A stretch of 63,665 bases of DNA, filler included, from Choristocarpus tenellus KU-1152 (Eukaryota > Protista > Phaeophyceae), in NCBI GenBank assembly GCA_964200185.2. It is 12 parts of 12 records of this genome, joined end to end, with 100 filler letters (N's around TTAATTAATTAA, not from the genome) between each part and the next. Parts side by side here need not be neighbours in the genome. Positions count along the whole stretch, not along the records: positions 1 to 8,036 come from CAXNAD020005239.1; positions 8,137 to 11,579 come from CAXNAD020019992.1; 10 more parts are not named here. The stretch is one strand, 5' to 3'. The notes beneath the pieces were generated by a model. That model ran no database searches. It worked only from the letters and a program-made list of their open reading frames with translations, and was not told where the DNA came from. Of the stretch, positions 1 to 11,679 are shown piece by piece; position 1 is the first letter of the stretch, and each line of letters opens with the position of its first letter. Both the position numbers and the translations under genes were made by a program.

Positions 1-102
1 CTCTTCCTTCGTAGTCTATGTATCATATACAATGCATTCGATTCAGGTTTCAACAGGTTATGAGCCTCACACGATTCCCCTTCGCAGATTCAGGTTTCAA
101 CA
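1..102 (+). mobile_element. Copia LTR 3' end plus PBS, internally deleted relic
   Basis: GATTCAGGTTTCAACA is followed by GGTTATGAGCC (56-66). The same LTR end recurs at about 87-102, and a diverged copy with PBS lies at 1183-1215. Confidence 0.55.
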
Positions 103-652
103 CTAGCCCTGAATGGACACCAGATCCCCCCCTCTAGGATAGTATAGGTCTGCATTGTATGACGATTTCCTGACCAGCTGGTATATTGTACTTATTTATG
201 TAAGCGGGTGGGTATAGGGTCAAAATCAAGTAACACATACACCACAGAACATGAAGGAGTAGTACTTGTGAAGGGTATTTTTTGCGTGGGTCTGTTCAAA
301 CATAGGCTGCTCATATTTTTTGTCCTTGATACGATACACAGTATTACCAGTTCATACTGACTGTTGATTTGCACATCGGTATTAGTCGAAACTCATATTT
401 ACATCATTGGTAACTCATCATAGCATCATCAATTACTGTTAGAACATCATGGTGCATAGGAAGCATGGAACAGTTACCATCTATCAAACATACAAGCATA
501 GTATGTGCCATATGAGTTATCACAGATTTGATTCAAGTTTTTTTCTTTGTGTTTTTTTACCTTCACACCATAACCACCTGTTATATATCATTCACTGATC
601 ATTTTTATTCTCTAGTTGGCATTGCCCCCAATTTAGACCTCAAGCTCTCTCT

Positions 653-912
653 GAGTGAAAGTATCTTAGAGGGTACGAGTATAGCCCTGTTGTCCATTTG
701 AGGCTTGGCTACCCTCAGGATTCTTATGCATTTTCGTACTCCAAAATATTTTGGAGAGGGTGAAATGTATACGTTATGAAAAGGTGTCTCTCTCGAACAA
801 GGATATTGACACCTTTCCTAACAAACACGATAGTCAAAATTACATCGAAATCGCAACATTGGATTTTGAGTCCCAAATGGACGCGGTTCTACCCTCGAAG
901 ATACTTTTGCTC
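653..912 (+). mobile_element. MITE family A, copy 1
   Basis: TIRs GAGTGAAAGTATCTTAGAGGGTA...TACCCTCGAAGATACTTTTGCTC; 4-bp TSD CTCT. Confidence 0.9.
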
Positions 913-1182
913 CTCTACATTAAGTGTACCTCATACACAACTGAATGCCATATATTCAGAGTGAAAACATACTGAAAACCCTTCTCCACAAGGTGCCAAC
1001 CCTGAACTCAGAGCATGGGTATCTTCCTTTGAGTGTGCCAAGGAATACCCACAATTTTGTACCAAATAATCTCTGACCTTGCACAGCAAGTCACTAGGTT
1101 CATCAGAACGAAGTCACCGGTGCTTCACTGCACTATGACACCCGTTCTCTACAAACCTATCCCTGCACAAGAAAGCATGATT

Positions 1183-2240
1183 CATTCAATCTCAGGTTTC
1201 AATAGGTTATGAGCCTCAACGCCGTAAATGACTCACATGACCTCGTCTTGTATTACCTACCATCATCCTACCACTTTCACCACCCCAGATAACACTACCG
1301 CATAACCATGGAACGGACCCTGAAACCCTCCATCTTCTCTGGAGATGACTCCTCAAGGGACACCTTCAAACTGGATTTTGTGGTTCCTCGGACCCACAAC
1401 GTCCTGGTCCTGAGCATCTCCTGTCCATCCGTCACCATCACCCCCACACAACCACCACCAATATCACCTACACATCTACCCGTGCGGAAGATAACGACCA
1501 TGGTCAGCTGTTTGGCACATTCCTTGCCACCTGTTGCTTACCTGCCAAAGACCTTCTCTATGGACTCAGTAGCGCAACGAGACCAACCTCAATGACGGTC
1601 TCTCCGCTTGGGATGCACTTAAGACCAGGTATGAGGTGGCCACCGAACAATGGATGAGTGCTGTCCATCACCAGTTTGGAGCAGTGTATGATGGAACCTG
1701 GTGAGGATCCTGACCAGTGGCTTCTCCGACGTTACCAGGCTAAGGCGGAACTGGAAGGCTTCGGGGAAACGATCAAGCTCAAAGTATCTGGGGGGGAGGT
1801 GGCGGTTGTCCATTTGGGGTCAACTTTTTCATGTCGCGAATTTTGGTTGATTTGGTTGCATACATCGGATGGATAATGTAAATGCACTTTTCCTGATTTT
1901 GTCCCAAATAGACACCCTGGTGTAGACCCGCCCCTGCCCCCATATACGTTGGGTCATCAGTGACTTCTGCCTGCGGACACCTCTACTCACAGGCCCCTCG
2001 ACGGACTACAACGACACCCTTCAGAGCCAAGTACAATTCCTAGTATCAGCAATGCGTGCGATATACAACAATGACCTCAACCTGTTGACCGTACGTCGGA
2101 TAGAACTCCAAACGTCGCCCTCACCGCAAAAGCCCATTGACGGTGTCACTGCCACCAACCTGGTCACCATCTGCGCTACTGCCCAAATCGCCCAGTCACC
2201 ACTACCCCTACCACCCGCATCTCAGCTACTGCACTGCTGA
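1183..2240 (+). mobile_element. Ty1/copia relic: LTR end, PBS and degenerate gag
   Basis: PBS GGTTATGAGCC at 1205-1215. The gag-like frame MEPGEDPDQWLLRRYQAKAELEGFGETI|SDF is restored by removing MITE B. It is homologous to YKAELEGFGEIMSDF at about 47440-47500 (-). Confidence 0.75.
1776..1955 (+). mobile_element. MITE family B, inserted in copia gag
   Basis: Ends AGCTCAAAGTATCTGGGGGGG...CCCCCATATACGTTGGGTC; TSD ATCA; excision restores the gag frame. Confidence 0.8.
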
Positions 2241-2330
2241 GAAGCTTGGTGCATGTAAGGCTCATTGCCCAAAGCTGCTGGTTGTTGAGTTACATGGTAA
2301 ACATACACTGTATTATTAATTGCCCACCAG

Positions 2331-2591
2331 GAGTGAAAGTATCTTAGAGGGTACGAGTTTTGCCCTGTCTGTCCGTTTGGGGCTTGGCTTCCCACAGGTT
2401 TTTTGTGACATATTTACACAAAAAAAAAAAATCGAAGTAGATAAAATGTGTACGTTATGAAAGAGTGTGTCTGGAACAAAGATATTGACACTTCCTAACA
2501 AATACGATGGCCAAAATTACATCAAAATCGCAACATTGGATTTCGGTCTCCAAATGGACGCGGCTCTAACCTCTAAGAGATACTTTGACTC
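2331..2591 (+). mobile_element. MITE family A, copy 2
   Basis: Same TIRs and internal sequence as 653-912; flanks CAG / CAGG. Confidence 0.92.
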
Positions 2592-2779
2592 CAGGTGTCT
2601 AATATCACTGACGTGTATGTATGAACACTGACTCATCTTATCGTTGCTTATCATACCGTTTTTCACGTTACAACTTGTATTGTACCAATCCAAAAATAAA
2701 CGTACATGAAACCTGTGTTATATGCTTGTATCAGCAGACACAACGCGAGGATAACACTAGGTTATTTGACACCTACCAC

Positions 2780-4060
2780 ATTTTACAAACCCAAACCGAT
2801 GAATGCCACTCACAGCGCCAACAGCAACACCGCCACCCCCATCCACCACCCTCTGCACCACCCTCGTCCACCCCTACTCACACAGCCACTACATCCATCA
2901 TCACTACATCATCCGCCCCGCCGATGGGTGGGGTTAGGATGCCCACGGAAACCATTCCTACTGCTTTCCCACCATCACCAACCACCCCACCCACACCCTC
3001 ACCAACTCAACGATACCTGCCCTTACCTCTTTCCACGTCAATTCTGTCTGTATAGCTCACATGGCCGATCCCAACCCCTGATCCACAACCCCCACCACTT
3101 TCTCTCCCACATCACCCCACTTTCCCACCCCATCATCATCATCTCGGGCATCGGGGACCGACGACTCGTTAGCCAAAGGCAGACCACCTTTACTGAACTC
3201 TTCCAACTCCCACACATACCATCTACCCGTCGTCCTTCATTGTACACTGCTGGTTCCTGGTCTTGGTCGTCACCTGTATTCAACATATGCTTGCGGCATC
3301 TGCAGGATGAACTATCGTGATATCCCAAATCCATCCACCTGCTCAATAACATTTCGTGCATACCTCTCCATGCTGCGGCCTCCCTGTACTACTCAGACTT
3401 CTCACTGTGCCCCCCAGCCCCATCCCCTCCGACTCCACACCTTGTCCTCCCTGCACCCCCACCCCACCTGCCCAAACCATTTCCTCCATCCTCCTCTGAC
3501 ATCGCTGCCTTGCCCACCCTAATGAATGTGACTTGCACCACCTAAAAACGATCCATCCCACTATCCTGGGTTTTCCTGACACCACCCACGTACCGCCCTG
3601 CCCCCCCTGTTCCCTCAACAAGTCACTCACCAACCTCACACCTCGAGATTTCCACCACCACCAGGAACCCCCTTGAAGTTGTCCACACGTATGTTTCGGG
3701 CCTGTGTCACCTGCCTCTTTTTCTGGTGGCCGCTATACACTGAAATCTACACTGACTCACATCCACCCCACATGTGCCACGTCTACTATATCCGATCCAA
3801 GGAGGGCGCGTTCCATACCCTTAGGCATTACCGTTCGGACGTCGTCACTCCTTCCAGCCTGTACATCAAGACCCTACGCTCGGACAACGGCGGCGGGTAC
3901 ACAGGGCGGGACCTTGCCACCTACTGCGCCCACCATGGCATCCGCCAGGAATTTACCAACCCCTGCACCCTTCAAGATAACGGCCTGGCTGAACGTCAGT
4001 GGTATAATATCTTTCCCAAAGCCTGATGTCTTCTGAACAACACGGAACTTCCCAACATCT
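2780..4060 (+). mobile_element. Ty1/copia pol relic (GAG-pre-integrase and rve integrase), frameshifted
   Basis: PPCPPCSLNK zinc-binding remnant; IKTLRSDNGGGYTGRDLATYCAHHGIRQEFTNPCTLQDNGLAER integrase core at 3673-4026. Confidence 0.88.
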
Positions 4061-5620
4061 CGGGCACTTTGAGCCTTGATGTTTATATATTGAGACTACA
4101 AGTGACTCAAAGCACAACCCGTTGTTCCTGAGTGCCGCCTATATTTCTCATGACTACTATGGCGGTGGCATTGCTCCCAAAACCTCCAATTTCCGTTGGT
4201 GCAAATCCATCTCTGATTTGATCCCAAAATCGTTGACCCAACGATTTTATGGCTATATTTGGTGCCCTAGTAGCTTATCATTACAGGCGGAGTGTCAGAC
4301 ATCGGTCACTATCTTCAAGCACCCTCAACCTTCTAATCCACCTTTACTACAACGATTTTTTGTTAAACTTTATTGAGGGGTTGGTTGACTCAGAATGTTT
4401 TGTTTTTATGCTCTTTGGAAGGGCCCAGGCCTGTGTTGTCTATGCGTTGAAACATTAGTAAACCCCTGAGCTACCGAGCAGGCAAGAGGCAGTCAGCTGA
4501 CTAGTGTTTCAACAAAAACTAATCCCGAGGATCCCAAGTTGTTAGACTTGGGTTGCTATCCCTCTAATCAGTGACCACCTTCTTCGGCGGGGTATTTACT
4601 AATGTTAGGTTGCGTATCCTGGCGGCTTGTTTAGCCTTTTGATGGATGTGTATCCTGGCGGCATATATAGCCTTTTGACGTAGGTGTAACCATGGCAAGA
4701 TTCGATCCCACGAAAGTAGCGTCTGTTGAAACACAATGTACATAAATACTCACTATACTACATATTCTGAATTCCCTGCTGTCACTTCCAAGGTGATGTT
4801 ACTGAGTGCGAGTTCCATACGACTGTTTGGTAAACGCCCATATGAGCTTGATATAGAAGACTTTTTCTCTTTTATTCTGTTGAAGTATCTGGTTGTATAC
4901 TATTCTTTTTTCTAACGTATTGTTTTTATGGTCATACAGTGCCCACCTCTGCCAGTCTTTTGTGTAATGAATATGCAACTAATCAGAACAACGTTCTGGT
5001 CCAATAAATAAGGCTAATTGACAAGTCATCTTCATCTTGTACATCATGCTTGAGGGCAATACTACCAACATCTGGTACTATGACTTGCTGGAGCTTAGTA
5101 CGAAACAGTCAAACTTAGGCACACAAACCCACATCTACGCAACATCTACATTCAGTGTGGTCATCAATAATTGCAAAGGCAGACACAGGCCTTACCTACC
5201 CTCATAGCCACCAGCAATTGGTCAGCACGAAAGACGCCAATTTCTTTTGAGGGTCCCTACAACCGCTCACAAAAAATCCAAATCTGCTTCATTATTCCCC
5301 AAAAACCCATTCCTCGACCAATGCTTTGCTTTGTTCAGCAACAATCATTATATTTATCTTCACATTAATCTAGGTATTACCCCACACCGTGGTCAGAGGT
5401 TCTAAAAACTGCACTACTTCTCATGCTAACCATTGGCTATCTTCTGACTGTTCCACAACGTCTAATTGTACTAACCTCCTTTCCTGTGTCGCTTGTTGGT
5501 TGTGTGTCGAGTTCACCAATCCCACTGCTTATCGCTCTGTCTCCTCCAAAGAATCTTGTGCTGAATCCGCCTTGAATTTCTACATCGACCTTGGTTTGGC
5601 GTGTTTATGGTATACCTATA

Positions 5621-5872
5621 GAGTGTATCTTAGAGGGTAGGAGGTTTGCCCTGTTTGTTCATTTGGCGCTTGGATTCCCGGTTTTTTATGACATTTTACC
5701 TGCTCTAAAATGTTTTGGAGTAGGCAAAACGTGTATGTTATAAAAAAGGTGTGTCTGGATCAATGGTATTAACACTTCCTAACAAAAATGATAGCAAAAT
5801 TACATCAAACTTTCAACATTAGATTCTTGCCGCCAGACGGACGCGAAATTACCCTCTAAGACACTTTGATTC
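5621..5872 (+). mobile_element. MITE family A, copy 3 (diverged)
   Basis: GAGTGTATCTTAGAGGGTAG...TACCCTCTAAGACACTTTGATTC; flanks ATA / ATAG. Confidence 0.88.
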
Positions 5873-8036
5873 ATAGACAGAATATTACAGGTGTACAACC
5901 CGATATTTTTTTCCACGTGGAACAGCATGATCGAAACCAGATTTCGACCAAAAATGGCTGACGTAGAAGGGGCTCGAACCTGCATGCTGCACGATGGTAT
6001 CTGGCACGTTGAATATTATGCAGAGAGGACCCTCACTCCATGGACATTGCTTCGATAAGAAAGGAGGGCCATTCCACCTATTGTTTGCTAAGTTCTGACA
6101 TGGGTATACCTGCGGAGGACTGAAGCAATGATGTGGAAGTGGCGGAGTTTTTCTTGTTTTGTGTGTTTCTTTGTCCCAGTACCCCTGTAGAAATGGAGCG
6201 TTTCGCATTTGCTTAGATTTGCAACCTAACCACTTCCCATTTATACTCTAGAAATACATTTTTCTGTTCAACTTTAGGGGGCCTTCACCAGGGAGAGGGG
6301 TACTTTTTTGGTGGGTTATCTGCTACCCATTTCCCTACCCCAAAGTGAAAATTTGTATTTAATTTATTTACCAAAATCCACCACAAAAAATCCAATAAAA
6401 GTCATCTCTTATACGACAGCAATCTTGTTTTAAAAGTAATCTCAATCATATTATTAGGAAGAAAATCGATCACAACAAAAGGAGGAAGTTCGTGAAGTAT
6501 TCTGAGCGTTGTGGGTGGGAGAATTCCGGTAGGAACGATGTACAGGGAAGGAAGGGTAGATTATAAGAATCGTGTGATTCTGTGGTGGCGACGTTACTCA
6601 GGTAAGGGTGGTAAAGACAATCACCGGGCAAGACGGACCAGACGGACCAGACGGACCAAGACGAAACGTAACTGAGAGGACGACGTTAACATTGGACAAG
6701 TGCAAGACTGCAAGGACTTGCAGAAAAACTGTGCAGTGATGAGAATCTTACGAGAGGGGGATCATCACAAATATCAAGACGTGACAACAAAGAGAATCTT
6801 TGATAATGTGTGACAACTTTGGTGAAGGAGATGTCCACAACTAAACTGTAATCAGGGATTCCTGACAAGCAAACCTCAATCGATATAACAGTGTATGACA
6901 TACGGCAATAACGGTATAACAACAGACAAACATGCTTTCCACACCACAAACGTTTCTAATCGGCCTTGAAGCCATGCGAACATGATTCAAGGTCAACAAA
7001 AAAGTGAGTTCTGGGAGCGAAATGGGAAACATGTGTGACTGTAATGTATAATATTGCACCTATTATTACACCACTCCATTAATATAAAATCAAGTGTAAT
7101 ATATAAACGAGGCATTAATGGATATCTGATCAGGATAACATTAGCCTAAGGTTGATGGTGTGTGGTCAGCACACCAATCGAGCTTACGAGGTCTGAGAGT
7201 ATGGGATAAGTGTATTAATCAGCCTAAGGACGAGGCGAGAGGTATATGTGGCCAGCATATAGGTCTCTATTATCTTGTATAAAACAGAGGACATACTCAG
7301 AGTGGGGATACGAGGAGCAAACGCTATACGATGTCAATAAATGGTTTGACTAGCGTTTGTGATTCGACATTGCTATACGGGGTTATACAATGATTTTTAT
7401 CACCACTCCAATGCGTGAAAACAACATCGCGTGTTACAGGATCAAAATCAACAAAGCGAACGACAAGATCAAATGTGTGCACCCATTCTCCTTCCTCAAT
7501 TCTGACATCGATTGGAAAATTGCTCACGACAACTATAATATTCCAAGTGGACAACTCGGACGTACGACGGTCATTACATCATGTCGGGGGATCATTCCAC
7601 ACAAAAAATAAATAAATAACATGTATGGCTCACCTTAAGTCTCCATCTCTTACCTGGTTGTAGACTTGATTCTCCTTTTTTTTCTGTTTGAGGATGGCGT
7701 TAGTCATATCATGATGATCAATAAATCCATTTCATGAAAGCATGACATGATTTAATGAACAGCCACCTTTAGCATACACGAGCTAATATAATGTGCCCGG
7801 TGATACGGTCTCTTCACCACCGCATGTGTCCACTCATGCAAACGAGGAGAGTTGAGAGATAAAATAAATTTTATATTAATTTATCTAATCCACCAATATT
7901 TATGTAGTCTATTTACAAGGATTGATAAACCTGGTAAACACGAGATGCCAAGTCAGAGCTGGACGTGAACAGGTTAACTGGCATCTGTTACCAGTTATCT
8001 CATCACTTCACAAAACGATAGACTATACCCATCTAT

Positions 8037-8136
8037 NNNNNNNNNNNNNNNNNNNNNNNNNNNNNNNNNNNNNNNNNNNNTTAATTAATTAANNNNNNNN
8101 NNNNNNNNNNNNNNNNNNNNNNNNNNNNNNNNNNNN
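8037..8136. other. Artificial contig-joining spacer (first of 11)
   Basis: N44-TTAATTAATTAA-N44, with stops in all six frames. Identical spacers at 11580-11679, 18565-18664, 21576-21675, 32119-32218, 36389-36488, 41180-41279, 46180-46279, 49816-49915, 53247-53346 and 60538-60637. Adjacency across spacers is not biological. Confidence 0.98.
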
Positions 8137-10759
8137 TTTTTTTTTCTCCCCCCCCTTTTTTTTTTTTTTTTTTTTTTCTTTATTGTTCCCCCCCCCCCCC
8201 CCCAGATACTCTGACCCCGGAGTGCTCAGGAGGTTAGGAAGCTGTTGCTAAAGAACAAATGGACAAGCTCAAATTAGACAACAGAGAGGTTCTTTCTGAG
8301 GAGCAGGCAAGTGTACTGTTAATCCTGTACTACCAGTTCATTATCTTCAACTATATGGCCAAACTGAGGCTGTGAAAGGTGTCTGCGTGGCAGAGGGATT
8401 GGGATACGACATGGATTTTTCACTTTGTGAAAACTTGAAGGGAAAGGAGAGATCTTTTTCATCTTTGAGACTGGGAAAGGGAGTGTTCAAGCAGATTCCG
8501 ATAAAAGGTACTGCTACAGGCAAATAACGCGAGCATCTCTTCTTGTGTTCCAATGAAGTGCGAGTTTTGTTACACATGAATAGCGCGAGCATTTCTTCTC
8601 ATGTTTTAGCAAACATGAACATTTGTGACAGACGTATAGTGCGAGGATTGTTTCTCGCGTTCTAACAAGTGCGAACAATATACGATATTAGTAACACATA
8701 GGTAGCTTTACAGAATAAATTATGCTTTCATAAAAGATACAGAGAAGATTCGGAATGCATACGTAACATTACAGAAGAAATGTCAAAGTCCCTAAGAAGT
8801 TGCAGAATAAAGATTTATGATTGGAGTACGTGTAGAGCAGTTGCATAGAAGACCAAAGAAATTCGGTGGATGATGAAAATAATAAGAGGACTTTTGGTTA
8901 AATACCTTGACCGCTCTTACCTCCAGTCCTTTCTTTATCTTGAACGAAACTTTGAGTCGAGCTTTGAGCTAAGCACTGCATGGAATATCAAGAGAGAAGG
9001 ATACCTGACACCGTACAAACTGTAATCAAGGGCAACGTTCCCATAGTATCGTTTGAAGGTCGTTGGATTTTTGTTGCATATCCTGTGGAGGTGAGTTCTG
9101 AGGGGCACGCTGTAACAGTACAAGGCCCATAAGCCACAACTCAACGAGATTTAACTCTTCATCTTTACACAGCAGTCATTGGGGATGTGGTCTTCCGTCA
9201 GGATTTTGTGAGCTGGGTAAAGACAAAGTTGGAATGGAAGGCTCTCATTAAGGGCCTGGTACCATCCTGAAGCGCTTGGGCTATGTTTCGAGAAGAGATC
9301 GAATCGAGATCCCACCTCTTACACAGGAGAGAAAAGCAAGGCTGGGGTAGCACAGTGAATACAACTGGGATCAGATTGAGGGTGGATGGAAACCAGCAGA
9401 CTGTGGCAAGCTGGTTGCTCATGTCACGAGGGAGATGGCAAAAAATATCAAGACAGTGAAGGTAATGAACGGAAGACATATCCAACTTGACAAATGTTCT
9501 GGGCGAGCTGAAAGATATGGACAAAGTTGGCAAGGTCAAATGATGTTGTAGAGGGGGGAGTAGATGAGATTTTGGAGGAGGATTATGACATTTAACTCAT
9601 TATAGAAAATGACAACAATGACAATGCTTAAAAAGACGAACCTGAGCTCGTAATTTAATAATGAATGTCAAAAGATGACCCAGGAACACTCGGATGACTC
9701 CACACACCTTCCACTACCAACCAAAACGGATTGAGCCACAAGAAAGAGTATTCCATGAGTTCTGTGTATATCAGTATTCCAATAACATGCGTTTCACATC
9801 ATGACCAGGTAAAACGATCGTGTAGATATGAAAACAACAAGAATACCACCAATTATCGTAACTGCTTCCCTCATACTGATTATGGACCCTATTCCACGCT
9901 GTATTGTGAATGGAAGTATTACTATACGTTGATTCATGCATTGGGATACCAGCTTTCATTCGATATGTTTCCCATGGGGTGAATGGATCAGTTGTAGATT
10001 TTATAGCAGTTTGAATGCCTCCCAACTACTCTGTAAGACTGGAGTATTTTAGCCAAATTTAGTCTTGAATTGAACGAATCTGGAGTTGGGACCTCAAACA
10101 AACTGGATGAGATTCGGCTTATCCTAATGTTTCCAACCATATTTTGTTTGCTGTCTACCTCATTATTCTAAAGGTATATCTAAATGTATATTATTATGAC
10201 TTTTGACATATTCCAGATGTGTAAGGGTATGTCTATACATTGATAGAAGTACAATGGAATTTACTGAAATAGTTCTTTTGATTTAGTAGAAATGATTGAT
10301 TTTTCCTTCCCTCACTACCACATCTAAAATAAAAATAGTGTGAACGATATAAAAAACAAGACAACAAAGAATCATATTCCTTGGACTATAGAATGATTTA
10401 TTTTGTCGAAGAACATCAGATCACTCACTAAAGATAATATACAAAGAAATCACTTGTCTTAAGTTCCTATCATTTTGACATCATTGTATTTTCTTATCAA
10501 CTTCACACGATTAGATGAGCATTTTTTTTATTGATTTGTAGAACACTAGTAGTCATAACTAGATGTGTAAAAAATAAGGACTACAACCTTCGCCTTCCCC
10601 TGCATACTACTAATTCTGTATTTCTCCCGTACAAGACAAGACGGTCGGTCAGAACCATTCGGCAATTGCCAATAAGGAATCCTTGAATTGTTTAGTCCTG
10701 AGTGTTCGTGACAAGTGTTGTGGTGAACGAACCTTGTTAGAACCTGGTTGCTAGCGACG

Positions 10760-11579
10760 ATGTCCCCAGAACCAGACTTCGGCATCGATGGCACCCCGGA
10801 TATTTTGCAGCAACTCGTACAGTTCACTTCTCCCGATGAGTTCCTTTTCATCGCTGGTGTATCTAGAGCATGGAGAGATATCTGGTTGACGAGTCGACCT
10901 ACCAAAACTAGTATCAACTCAGTCATTCAGTCAGTGTCTCGAATGACTTGGGCTAAGGAATACGGTTGTCCATGGGATGAAAATATCTGTGCAATGACGG
11001 CTGGGCGAGGTGATCTGTCCGTGCTATTCTACGCCAGAGCGGAAGGTTGTCCATGGGATGCTCGGACCTGTGCGTATGCCGCAAGGGAGGGTCAACTCGA
11101 TACCTTGAAGTGGGCCAGGGTTAACGGTTGTCCCTGGGATTCAAGGACCTGTTCTTCAGCTGCTGGAGGAGATCACATGGAGGTGCTGAAGTGGGCCAGA
11201 ATCAATGGCTGCCCATGGGGTGTGGGGACTTGCTCTCGTGCTGCTCGAGGGGGACATCTGGATATTATGAAGTGGGTCAGGGCCAACGGTTGTCCTTGGG
11301 ACGGGACGACCTATTCCCAGGGTGCCTTGGGGGGACACCTGCACGCGCTGGAGTGGGCTAAGGCCAACAGCTGTCCTTGGGATGGTGGGTCATGGTTTGG
11401 GGGGATCTGCGCCAGTGCTGCAGAAGGAGGGTACCTAGAAATCTTGAAGTGGGCCAGGGCCAACGGCTGCCCGTGGGATACGAGGACCTGTTCAAATGCC
11501 GCGAAGGGTGGACATCTGAATACCTTGAAGTGGGCCAGGAGCAAAGGTTGCCCCTGGGATGCAAGGACTTGTCAACAAG
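10760..11579 (+). CDS. Ankyrin-repeat protein (GCPWD type) with F-box-like N-terminus; 3' end truncated by contig end
   Basis: Intronless ORF from ATG 10760. About 9 repeats of roughly 25 aa, GCPWDxxTCxxAAxGGHLExLKWARAN. N-terminal ILQQLVQFTSPDEFLFIAGVSRAWR. Confidence 0.9.
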
Positions 11580-11679
11580 NNNNNNNNNNNNNNNNNNNNN
11601 NNNNNNNNNNNNNNNNNNNNNNNTTAATTAATTAANNNNNNNNNNNNNNNNNNNNNNNNNNNNNNNNNNNNNNNNNNNN

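Noticed and set aside
751-975. Recurring small ORFs (MLGSVNI..., ...YPLRYF) at several loci
   Set aside because: Chance frames within non-coding MITE-A copies; not preserved between copies.
8081-8092. Recurrent TTAATTAATTAA motif and ORFs ending in XXXLIN
   Set aside because: Assembly linker, not biological.
6400-10500. Possible genes in 6400-8036 and 8230-10500
   Set aside because: Only short, stop-riddled frames with no recognisable motif or consistent splice structure.
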